Shown: positions 37,301-48,998 of the stretch, in pieces
Layout of the letters: each line of letters starts with the position of its first letter
Numbering within the stretch: the first letter of the stretch is position 1
Assembly: GCA_038087875.1 (NCBI GenBank)
Contig: CM075983.1
Location: 22,816,001-22,880,000 of the forward strand
Source of the DNA: Malacoraja senta
Taxonomy: Eukaryota
DNA: 64,000 nt
Direction of reading: 5' to 3'
Translations under genes and position numbers: made by a program
The notes under the pieces: generated by a model
Seen by the model: only the letters and a program-made list of their open reading frames with translations
The model's database searches: none
Told to the model about the DNA's origin: nothing

Positions 37301-40300
37301 CCTCATGGCTTCTTTTCAGCAAAGTTGGAGTAAAGAAGGGCAGGTTGGAGGGACCAAAGTTCATTGGCAGAAAATAATTTAATCCCTCTTAAAGGCATAT
37401 AGGGACCAACGAACAAGCAAAGAAATCAGTTTTGTCATTTAACCAGACAGGCACAGGCCAAATGCTGTTATGTTATATTTTAGTTAGTATGTCAAAAATA
37501 TAGCTATTTGCTTCCGGTAGTTCAAGAAGTCATGATAAGATATATTTTTGATATTCAAGCATTTGAGGTTGCATGATTTTCTTGTAGGCTTCCCAAGACT
37601 ATAAAACAGGTTTAGGTTTATTGTCACGTGTACCAAGGTATGTGAAAAGCTTTGTTTTGCATGCTATCGAATCAGATACATACATAAATATAATCACGCT
37701 AAACTTGAATGCAATAGGTAGAACAAAGGGGAAGATATAGAGTGCAGAATATAGTTCTCAGAAGGCAGAGCAGATAAGTTCACCAACACCAATTTATCAG
37801 TCAAGTGTCCGATGGTTCTATTCAATCATTGCATTAGAAACAACACTACAGTCAAATCTCTTTATGTTTTCTCTTTGCAGGTGGATTTGGGGTTGCAAAA
37901 AATCTCAGCAGCTGGGCAGTTGAAGGGAAGGACTGCACTGTGGAGGCATCAGTGGAATCAGCAATTAAAAAATGTCATGCTACAAAGAAACCCATTGGTC
38001 TCTGCTGTATTTCTCCTGTGTTGGCAGCTAAACTCATTCCAGGATGTGAACTAACTGTGGGTTATGACACAGAATGTGAGAAGTAAGTGCAGCACCTTTA
38101 ATTAAATCTGCCAATAATCCATGCCCACAGCTATTTGACAAACAATGTAAAGTGTTAAAGTCTATTACATTAAGATTTGTAATGAAACGTTGAATATTAG
38201 ACCAATAACAAACGGCTGAATCATTGATGGCATCCATTGTCATTCAACATAAGCATTAAGAGATTAATTACAAATGATCTTTGGATATATTAGATGTCAA
38301 AATATTTATCAGTTAAAGTAGGCAGTGGCTTTGGAAATGGATCTTTCTTTGCCTAATGTAAATCCAGTCTTATTTAACTTTAGTCCAATCCACACATAGA
38401 TCTAACCTGTTCAAAAATGATTTATTAAGTGACAATCCTCGATGATTGTTGGCGTTGCTCCCAAGCCTCAGGCTGGAAGCTTGCTTGCTCAACCAGTTTT
38501 TCCATCTCAAACAAATTCACAACTGTTCAGCACCGATATTCCTTGAGGCTCCTTATTAAACTGTTGATTCTCATTGTTTCTTCTGGCATGCTTAACCACA
38601 TACATAAATTTAGTGTTCCTCATCAGAGGCGTGGAATCTAACAGTCCGAGAAAGAGGCTTTTTTATGCTTCTGGCTTGTGTTGACTCTTTGAAAGAATAT
38701 TTCTGGTTAGTTCCTGTTTTTTTGCTTTTTGTGCATTTCTTTAAAATCCCCAGGCACATATCCATTTTAAAAGTTACTTGTGGAACAGGCCTTTCACAGA
38801 GAGCTAGGGAGATGCTGACAATCAAGTGGAGAAACTGGAAACCAGGATTTTGGATCTTTGAATTAGCATGTTAATTTCTGCTTTTCAATTAATCTCAAAA
38901 CATGCAAATTTATATTAATCAATATAGCCTAGGTTAATTGAGTCTGTCCTATCTATTTGTATTTGATATGTTCATCTGATGGGTACTGGTAGATGGGGAA
39001 AGCACATAATTTGAGTATCATTTTGGATGCGAAAATATTGATTCTGTTCATCTGCGTACTAGGTATGGAAGATTGCCTCCATTTTGCTGTACTTTACCTT
39101 CACTATGATAAGCCGTGGAGAAGGTGGGTAGGAAGGTGATAATAGGGGAGTTCAATGAGGCCCAGTTTGAAGCTGGCTATGAAGGAATTAATTATGTACT
39201 ATTTGGAGAAGGGAATAATACATTTAAAGAGTTCTGATGAAAAGATAATTGACCAAAAACTTTGACTCGATTATTATATTCAAAGATGCTGCCAGACCTA
39301 TCATTGTTGTACTTTGTGCAGTTTGAAACATATTTCTGAAAGAAATAGTGAGACACTTGATTTATTTGGGCTGTGCTTGCAGAACAAATCACAGATATAA
39401 TATTGATATGACCATTTATAAGAATTGACCAAGTGAAGTTTGTTAACTTTTGAAAGTTTGTACGCTTACTTGATCATACTTTGTAAGTTGGGAGCCGACC
39501 AATGTTTTACCTTATGAAGTTGACTGATAATTGATTGTCTTTCTTTGGTATCTGAGAAACTGGGACCCAATTTGTGAAGGGACATGATTATATATGGATT
39601 ATAGTTAGAATGGATTCCATGGTACAAGTAGATTTTATTTAAAGAGAAATATACACATGTCTTGCATGAGAATGTAGGAAACATGATCAGTAAGCATGCA
39701 GATGACACAAAGATGGATGGAGCTGTTGATAATGTAAAAGAAGTCTTGGGCTGCATAGAGATATTGATGCATTATAGAATGGCAGACTGAGTTTAATCCA
39801 GACAAATGTGAGGTGATGCATTTTGGGAGTACTAATGAGGTAATATTTATACTCTGAATGGTAGGGTCTTGGGGAGGATTGAGAATGAAGTGGATTACAA
39901 AACCACAGATCTTTGAAGGTAGCACTACAGGTAGATAATGGAAGGCATATGTAAATACTGGCTTTCATTAATCAGGGCATCGGAAACAAGTCTCAACATC
40001 ATGCTTTAATAGGGTAGACTGGGGGAAACTATTAATCGTATCATAGGGAGATAATACTAGAGGACAGATTTTGTGTAAGGAGAAAGATTTAAAAGGGATA
40101 TGAGATGGACCTTCTTCACTTAGAAAGTGGTAAGTGTCTTGAATGCTCTGACTGAGATTGGTTGAAGCTGGGGCATTGACAGCATTTTAAGAAGTATTGA
40201 AGAAGAGCACTTAAATTGCATGGATGGATATAGAAGGAAGGGAAATGGGGTTAATACCAAAGGGTGTTCACAGGGCAGTGTGGATAAGTTGGGCTGAATG

Positions 40301-41250
40301 GCCTGTTTCTATGTTGTTTGATTCTATGGCTCTATGATTTTTTGCCTTTAAATTGGATGTTCCCATAAACCGTGACACCTTGGTGATACATCACAAAGCC
40401 AATTTCCTTAAATTGTATGTACATTTAAACACATTGATGCTCCTATCTTTCCAAGATTATGTTGTTACTGCATTCCTTAGATACTTTTGATTAATGCCTT
40501 GTGGAAATGTTCTCCTTTTCGATTTTATTGAATCCTTGCAATCTGAATTATATTCTATTTAGCTCCCTCTAAAAGAAAATTATTATGGACATGTATTATT
40601 TGCTGTTAGCAAATCAGGTGTAATGAAGTGTATTAAAGTTAACATCTGTAATTTGCTTACCATCAGAATACGGATATAAAGCACAACGCAGCATCCAATA
40701 TCCACAATAATATGCTTACTTCAAATATTTATCAATATCTTTGAATATTTACTTTATTGACAGTGAAAAAGTAAAATATGGTAACTTATTTTAGAATTGA
40801 AAATGCAATGAACAATACAATTCCAACTCAAGAAAGTAAATGCACTAATTATACACCTAGAAAGGGTGTTAAGTGACATGGAATATCATTCAGAAAATTG
40901 TTGCCTCAATAGTATATTCAAATTCTTGATGTAGGTTTGCTTTACATGTGGCTTCACACTCTGAATGTGTCATGCTGTACATTTAATCATTTTTTTCTGA
41001 CATTATTAGGTAATTGTTTCCCTCTTTCTCAATTGATGGTTTACATTTTCTTTCCAGGTGGCCCTATGCAAAAACAGCCCAGGCATTGAAAGAGTTAGGC
41101 TGTGAGCACGTCAATAAGCATGTCAATGAAGTACACATCGACAAGAGAAATAAATTGGTGACGACCAGTGCCTTCATGTGCAATGCCCCCATCCATGAGA
41201 TTTTTGATGGAATTGGGGAAATGGTGAAAGAAGTCTTGAAACTTGCATAA
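34384..41250 (+). CDS. ES1/ElbB/GATD3-like protein (class I glutamine amidotransferase-like, DJ-1/PfpI superfamily), 225 aa, paralogue without transit peptide. Exons: 34384-34494, 34780-34951, 37881-38082, 41058-41250
   Basis: GT-AG introns with phases 0, 1, 2; CDS 678 nt. Motifs [72 protein letters not shown] are typical of ElbB/GATD3. AATAAA at 41558-41563. Confidence 0.93.
35110..35875 (+). mobile_element. Young 5'-truncated CR1 LINE (ORF2 C-terminus and 3' UTR) in intron 2 of the GATD3-like gene
   Basis: Uninterrupted 224-aa ORF with CR1 motifs [50 protein letters not shown], followed by a tctatgta tail. Confidence 0.95.
39600..40340 (+). mobile_element. Old decayed CR1 LINE fragment in intron 3 of the GATD3-like gene
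   Basis: Remnants gcagatgacacaaaga (ADDTK), tttaatccagacaaatgtgaggtgatgcattttggg ([12 protein letters not shown]) and a CR1-type 3' tail. Confidence 0.7.
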
Positions 41251-43329
41251 GCCCATGATGTAAATTACTATAATTAAATGCAGTCCTTATGGAATTCTGA
41301 AAGCTTAAAATTATTAAATTTGTTAGAATGTGTATTTATTGGCAATATTGATTAACCCAATTTGTTTTGAGGGAATTCTTGAAGATGTTTGCCACTAATG
41401 TGAAAGAAAACTCAAACCAAATTGTAAAAAGTATTCCATAATATGAAGTATTATTACTGTATTTCATTTTCCACAAAGTACAAAATATATGTTTTTACAA
41501 AGCAAATGATTAAAGTATTCAATACATGGAAACGTTTGTAGTATTTATCACACTGGGAATAAAATCTCATGTTGGCCTGTAATCTGTTAATCAACCTCCG
41601 AATGTTGAGAGATTATCTAACAGAATGGCTAGTCAAAGTAACCACATGCAGCAGAGGGATGTGGAAATAAGAAACTACAGATGCTGGAGTAGCTCTGGAG
41701 GTCAGACAGCATCTCAGGAGACTGAGGGGCGATGCTTCAAACTGAAGAAGGGTCCCAACACGAAACATCGCCTATCCATGTTCTCTTGAGACCAGCCTGA
41801 CCTGCTGAGCTACACCAGCAGAGTCTTCCTATGTAGCAGAGAGGTTGTCCATGTGCCTAGGATTTAAAGTAGATGTAAGTATTCCTCAGCTCTTGTTCAT
41901 AGAATACTCAAATGAATTCAGTCATATAGTGTCACATACCATGTCATTTTAAGATTAGCCAGACAGAGTCAGAATGTGGAAACAGTCACCCCTCAAGTTC
42001 CTATTAAATCTTTCCCCTCTCAACTTAAACCTATGTCCTCTGTTTCTTGATTCCCCTACTCTGGGTAAAAGACCTTGGGTAAAAGATTCTGACACCCTAT
42101 ACATTCACCTCATGATATTATACAGCTCTATAAGATCACCTGTCAGCCTCCTGCGTTCCAAGGGATAAAGTCTTAGCCTGTCCAACCTTGCCTTCCAGAT
42201 ATTCCCACTGTCTTAAAGTATATCTAATTAGGCCCAGTAGATTTATATATCATCATATGGCTTAGGACGTCCAGCACCTCCTCAGCCGTAATATGGACTA
42301 TCCTCAAGACATCTCCATTGAGGTGGGGGAGGGGAAGACAATGGGGACCCGGCGTGGGGGGACTGCGTTAAGAACAATGGAGGACCTGGCTTGGGGGGGG
42401 GCCGCCGTGAGGGACAGTTGGAGAACAAAGGGGGACCTGGTGTGGGGAAGAGGGGGGGGGGGCACTCTAGTTTTTGAATCCTCTGCCCAGGGGATAAGAC
42501 TGCATTTGTTCTTTCGTTCCGGTTAAGGCGCTGTGCACATGGCAGCCAGCCAACAGTTGCTTGTCTTTTTTTTATCTCCCTTTTATTTTATTTTTAATTT
42601 CAAGTTCTCGTGTACCTTGTGTGTTATAACTGCTAGCAGAACAATTTCCCTCCGAGGAGGAATAATGTTCTATCGTATCGTATCGTATTAGCTGTCCCAA
42701 GTATCCCAGTCTTTCTTTCCCCAGAGAGATGACCACTTTGGTTCTGAGGGACCTTATTCTCTCACTAGTTGCCCTCTTTCCCTTATAATATCTCTGGATT
42801 TTCCTTAATATTATCTGCCAAAGCTCTTTCCTGCCCCCTTTGTGCCCTCATTATTTCCTTCATAAGTGTGTTCCTCAGTTCTCTTCCAGCTGTCTATGCC
42901 TGTCCCATGCCTTTTTCATGACCAGACATTCAATTTCTCGTCATCCAAGCTTTCTTACTCCCACCTGTCTTGTCCTTTACCAGGAACATGTTTGCCCTGA
43001 ACTCGTGTCATCACTCTTACCATGATTAGTTTCTTTGTCCCACTGTATTAAGATATTGGAAGTAACAATACCTTGTGGCAATTAGATCATCCTGATTTTT
43101 CTCTTGATGTGAAGAGTACCAGATTACAGACACAAAAAGCTGGAGTAACTCAGTAGGACAGGCAACATCTCTGGGGAGAAGGAATAGGTGATGTTTTGGG
43201 TCAAGACTCTTCTTCTGACTGAAAGTTACGAGAAAAGGAAATGAGAGATATAGATGATGATGTAGATAGATATAGAACAATGAATGAAAGATGTCCAAAA
43301 ATGTAACAATGACAAAGGAAACATGCCAT

Positions 43330-44673
43330 TGTTCAGCAAGATCATGAAGGACCCCTACCACCCCAGCAATGGACTGTTCCAGCTGCTGCAGTCAGGCAAG
43401 TGCCTCTGCTGTCACGCTGCGAAAACAGAGGATGACGGAGTTTCTTCCCACAGGCCATCAGGTAGCAATGTTACAAAATGTTGAGATTTTAAAAATCAAG
43501 TCTGTAATTTATCCCATCAGATAAAGCATAAAAAGACATTTAATTTGACACCTAATTCACTTTCATATCTTCAGTATTAAAAAAGTTATGGTCATTTTCA
43601 TACTCGGAAATTAGCATCTTGTTCCCTGTTGCTTTTCCATTGACTTAACACAAAAGCTGTGATCGAGGACAGTCAAAAGCCCATAAATTTCTTAAAAATT
43701 AAAAGAACTGAATGAAATTTTAAGTTATTATAGATTGAAACATTCTGAAACAAATATGAAACAATCTTACTTGGATGACCTGAAATTAAAGCATATAATT
43801 AGTTAGTTACCTAATTGTAGCTAATTACAAAATTCAATTACTAGATCTAAACATCTATCAATTTCATAAGAATAGATTAACATTTTTAAATAGCCTGTGT
43901 CCAAATAACATTCACACAAGAATTCACAATATAACATAATTTTTAAATCTCATTGTCATGGATTTATAGGCCAAATGGAAGAAATTTAATGTTTAACACC
44001 TGTAAATTAATGGCCATTTAAATCATCTTGTGAGTGGGATTTTCTGGAACGCGATCATTTGGAACGTTGATTTGTGGTGAATTTAAACCCGTATCGGCAT
44101 GAAAAATACTGCCGGATCGTTCGGGGGAAAAAATCACCGTTTCGCAACTTAAAATGTGAATTAAAGGTCTCTTAAGGAGCACTTTTATACATAAAATAAA
44201 CTGCTTTCGTTTACCTGTCCCGTGCATGAAATCCATCCCCATTGTCGGCGTTGACGGCTTTAGAAGCTGATTTTTAAAAACTCCAGCGCTGAACTTGTCG
44301 GGCGAATTAAAAAAAATAAATACACAAAACGCCTGTCGGAACGATTCTTCAGCAAAAGCTTGCACTCCAACGAAATATAACCCAGGACAAGGTAGGAGAA
44401 ACCCGCGTTTTAACCCCGCCCCCCTTCAAAGGCGCCAAAATCGCGCACACGGCCAGTGGCAGAATTGCAGCGCCGCTGAAGGTAAGTATTGTAACATACC
44501 TACATCAGGACTGTAAACTCTGATCTCACCAGGGTGTAACTACTCTTGTGTCTTCTTTATTTTACTGTAAATACTTGTTCTGTTCTGTTGTTTTGCACAA
44601 TCCTGCAAGCATTGCCACTTTCATTTCACTGCACATCTTGTATGTGACAAATAAAGTTGACTTGACTTGACTT
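43330..44673 (+). mobile_element. Rex1/Babar-like LINE 3' end, interrupted by a DNA transposon
   Basis: KIMKDPYHPSNGLFQLLQSGK then SFFPQAI|RTVN reads across the insertion; ends with aataaa and a (gactt)n tail. Confidence 0.7.
43463..44502. mobile_element. Non-autonomous TIR DNA transposon, 1040 bp
   Basis: Imperfect 14-bp TIRs tagcaatgttacaa and ttgtaacataccta, flanked by the direct repeat catcagg (43456-43462, 44503-44509). No transposase ORF. Confidence 0.8.
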
Positions 44674-47051
44674 GTCAACAGTGTTAATACATTTTATTAT
44701 AATTCTGAGCATCTTACAACTTCGATACGTTCTTGCACTGTCAATAAATAAAAGCTTCAGGATTATAATAAAAGGATGATGTACAATTTGAAATGGTTAC
44801 GCGCATGGTCCTACATCTATACCAGGCCAATCTGTCAGTGGATGCACCAAGCAACACAAATGAAGCCTGATTTTAATTTATATTGATTAGTATCACACAT
44901 TCTATTACAGAGTAATAGGTCAGGGAAATCCTAGTCTCTCCATTGTTAATCTCCTTGTAAAAAACTATGAACAAAAAATGAAACAAGCTCTCTGTTTTTG
45001 TGGGGTGACTTGATTCTGGAAATACCCTCCAGGCAATTTTCTTGTTTTACGAAATTGGTCATCTGTGTTTGGACATCCAGCTCCTGTCATGGACTTACAA
45101 CCAGTCTTCTGTTTAAAACCGTGATGTCTGATAAATTTCCTCTTTTTTTTCCAGTATTTTGCAATTCACAGGAAATGGATGGAGTCAGTGGGTCTGACCA
45201 CTTCCCCTTTACAGCAAAGTCCACTTTGCATGATGTTCTTGGTTCAGAGCAACAGGCATGTGATCTGGTTTTAATATTTAAACAGCAGTAGGTGGTTGTC
45301 TCCACTCAGTGCTAGTGAATGGTCACAAATTGAAGACATTGACCCTCTTCTGCTTCTTCAACTCTCCTTGTATTCAAAACTCCCCTTCCTTAAATTTTAT
45401 TCCCATTTTCTCTGACTGAAACTCCCTGATAAATCCAATTATATCACAACATTTCCTATTATCAATACAATCCATCTTGTGGGCAAGTGAATAAATACAT
45501 GGATAATACATTTGTTTCCATGCTAGAAGAGGTAGTAAAACGGAAGCAGCAAAAGGGAGAGAAAGCTCCAATAATTTACACTATCTGCCTGCATTAGTTC
45601 ACTAGATTTCTTGCAGTATTTCTCTCCAGAACTTGAATTTCACAGAGATGATCCTTTATGTGTATCTTTGAACGATCTTGAATTTGTCAATAGCTCTCTG
45701 GGTCAGTCTGGGTCTCAACAACCCTGTCATGATATGTTGGTTGTTCAGTGGTATGTACAGCTAAATCCTGAACTTCAGAATATAGACAACAAGCAACTGC
45801 AGATGCTGGTTTACACAAAAGGACACGGTGCTGGAGTAACTCAGTAGGTCAGGTAGCATCTCTGGAGAACAGGGATAGGTGATGTTTCCGATCAGGACTT
45901 TTCTTCAGACTGATTGTAAGGTGGGGGAGTGGAGATGAACGCTGGGAGAGAGGAGTTCATCTCTCAGAGATGGAGATGCTGCCTCACTCATTGAGTTACT
46001 CCAGCACTTTGTGTCCTTCCCTGAACTTCAGCGTTGGGTTTTAGAATTGGGACCATTGGCTTAAATCAATGGAGAATTTAAAAAAGTATTCCTTTGTGAT
46101 GAGAATAATCAACTGATTGATTCATGTGATTAATATCAAGTTAAGGTTACAATTTTATCAGTCATGTTCTTGTAAAATAGCACGCTCTTGATCCTAATCT
46201 GAATCTTAACATTCCCAAGTTACTGCTATTTATTCATCATCAAATTCTGGCTCAATATTGAAAATGTGTCATTTTTGCACTTAAGACTAAGTTTTTCTCT
46301 ATGTAGGGAGTGGATGAGAAGGTGCGATAATGTAGAACTAGAGTGAACGAGTGATCAATTGTCAGCATGAACACAGTGGGCTGAAGGACCTGTTGTTCAT
46401 GCTGCATCTCTAAAGTAAACTACACTGAACTTAACTAAACTAAACTAAACTAATTCATACATCAGTTTCCCATTCTGACAACATCAAATTAGGCAATGGT
46501 GTTAAAATGTTGATGCTACATAAGGAATGCCAGAACCAGCTGCCAACTTTGCGTCTAGCAGGTTGGAGATTTTTTTGCCACCTGGTATTAACAATAGAAA
46601 CATCCCCGCACAATTCGTGATTGGATTAGAACGAAAATCACCACCTATTAAAAAGATAGCCCCATACACTGGCATACAGCTGCGCTGATGTCAGTAACAT
46701 CTTATTCATCTTTTGCTTTTATTTCTCCAACGCATTATACAAGAAATCATGAGGATGTTGGATGATTGGCCATGATCACATTGAATGGCAGTGTTGGCTC
46801 GAAGGGCCGAATGGCCTACTCCCGCACCTATTGTCAATTGTCTATTGTCTATTGTACTGTTGCAATCACCATACCACTTATTTTACCTACAGTAAATTTC
46901 TGCTGTTTAAGTTGATGTTGATTTTGGTGATGAAGTTTTTCTGTGTGACATCAGAATATTATCAGGATATGGTTAGGATATGTTTCAATGCAGCCTGTGA
47001 ATCTTCTTCACACAGTGTCACACCCAGTATCAGGCTCCTCTTGATATGATA

Positions 47052-48819
47052 CTAGACTAAGTGAGACCCGTTAGGTCCCAGCATCACACGGGAGGGCTGG
47101 TCCCCCATTGCAATATTCCACCTCTCCACCAATTCCAATATTGGTGGCCAGTGGGGGGGCGGGCTTTCTGGAGCACTAGTGTGGGTGTTGTGCGCTGAAC
47201 GGACTGGTATCCAGAGGGCTAGTATGGACATTGTGGACCGAATGGATTCTAGGGCGGCTCAATCACTCAAGCCTGTTGTGCTGGCAGCTCACTCACGGCT
47301 GGTCGGCTCGCAGTTGACTCACGGCTATTCCTTGAATTTCCATTTCAAGTAGGGTGCAAGCGCACCAAATTTAAGTGCAGTTTCATACCATTTCAAGCAG
47401 GGTTCAAGGCCACTAAAGACAGCGAATCATGACCACTCCCTCCCCCATCTTGCAGAGACTGAGCCACGCCCACACTTCCAGGTTTTATAGTCCCTCCCCC
47501 TCCAACCAGAAGGGGCGTGGCCTTCATGGCATGATTGACAGGAGGGAGAATCTCAGCATTTTTAAAACACTAATAACTCTTTTATTTTTCATCGATGGGA
47601 AAAATCCTCAGCACCCGATGAGCAGAGCGTACGTGGTAGCGCTTTTTCTAAAATCAATATAAAGCGCAAACAGGAAGTGGTCAAGATTAGACTTTTAATT
47701 ATATAGAAGGCAAGGCAGCTCTAATTAGGCAAGGCAGCTCTAATTAGGCAAGGTAGCTCTTATTAGGCAAGGCAGCTCGCATGAGCACATTCAAAGCCAA
47801 AGGCAAGGCAGCTCGCTTTAGCACTTTCAAAACCAAAGGCAAAGCAGCTTGCTTTAGCACTTTCAAAACCAAAGGCAAGGCAGCTTGCTTTATCACTTTC
47901 AAAACCAAAGGCAAGGCAGCTTGCTTTAGCACTTTCAAAACCAAAGGCAAGGCAGCTCGCTTTAGCACTTTCAAAACCAAAGGCAAGGCAGCTCGCTTTA
48001 GCACTTTCAAAACCAAAGGCAAAGCAGCTTGCTTTCGCACTTTCAAAACCAAATGCAAGGCAGCTTGCTTTAGCACTTTCAAAACCAAAGGCAAGGCAGC
48101 TTGCTTTAGCACTTTCAAAACCAAAGGCAACGCAGCTTGCTTTAGCACTTTCAAAACCAAAGGCAACGCAGCTTGCTTTAGCACTTTCAAAACCTAAGGC
48201 AACACAGCTTGCTTTATCACTTTCAAAACCAAAAGCAACACAGCTTGCTTTAGCACTTTCAAAAGCAATGGCAACACAGCTTGCTTTAGTACTTTCAAAA
48301 CCAAAGGCAACACAGCTTGCCTTAGCACTTTCAAAACCAAAGGCAACACAGCTTGCCTTAGCACTTTCAAAACCAAAGGCAACACAGCTTTAGCACTTTC
48401 AAACCAAAACACACTTTTGCATTTTTAAACTACATTTTCAAACCACATTAAGGGCACTGACAGGTCAGTAAAACCACTCACAGTTTAGTAGACATGTGTT
48501 CAGTGTTATTCACAGCTCAGACTGAGATTTGCGACCTCTCGCTCCCCCATCTTGCAGAGAACTGAGGCACCTCCACACATCCGGGTTTTATAGTCCCTCC
48601 GGAAGGGGCGTGGCCTTCAGGAGAGAGAATCTCAACATTTTTTAAACACTAATAACTCCTTTATTTTTCATCGATGGGAAAAATCCTCTTGTCCTGCGCA
48701 GTGGAGGGGGACTCTGAATAAGATGGCCAAAAATCACAGCCATAACTGGCAGCGTTTTTTCTAAAATCAATATACAGAACAACAGGAAGTGGTCAAGATC
48801 AGACTTTTAGTAATATAGA
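47052..48819 (-). mobile_element. Non-autonomous composite Helitron, 1768 bp
   Basis: On the - strand: 5' TCTATATTACTAAAA at 48819, 3' CTAG at 47055-47052 preceded by a hairpin (47063-47079), inserted between A and T with no TSD. A second internal 5' end TCTATATAATTAAAA lies at 47707. Confidence 0.85.
47709..48410. repeat. Minisatellite inside the Helitron: about 3 x 19-bp units then about 17 x 36-bp units (aaaaccaaaggcaaggcagcttgctttagcactttc)
   Basis: Head-to-tail units with no unique spacers; they produce the 12-aa periodic ORFs on both strands. Confidence 0.95.
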
Positions 48820-48998
48820 TGTACTGAAATGTGGGAAATATTGAGCTGCAGAGTATTTCTGATGATTTAAGGCAAGGCACTTAAAGGTTCTATTAATATC
48901 ATCCTGTCAAACAATACTTACACTAATCTGCTATGTAAATGTACACTGAAGCAATTTGTAGTTTTGCAAGGAAGATGTGTGACAGATTCATCTGTCTT

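Noticed and set aside
17389-41250. Bacterial contamination as the source of the SatP-, TsaC- and ElbB-like sequences
   Set aside because: Both genes have canonical spliceosomal introns containing host SINEs and LINEs and are contiguous with SRPX2.
44998-45305. Possible exon after a pyrimidine tract
   Set aside because: No recognisable homology in the frames examined, early stops, and no partner exons.
47709-48412. 36-bp repeats as a CRISPR array, or the KVLKQAALPLVL / STFKTKGKAACF ORFs as repeat proteins
   Set aside because: Units are contiguous with no spacers, there are no cas genes, and the context is eukaryotic. The ORFs arise from a stop-free 36-bp unit inside a Helitron.
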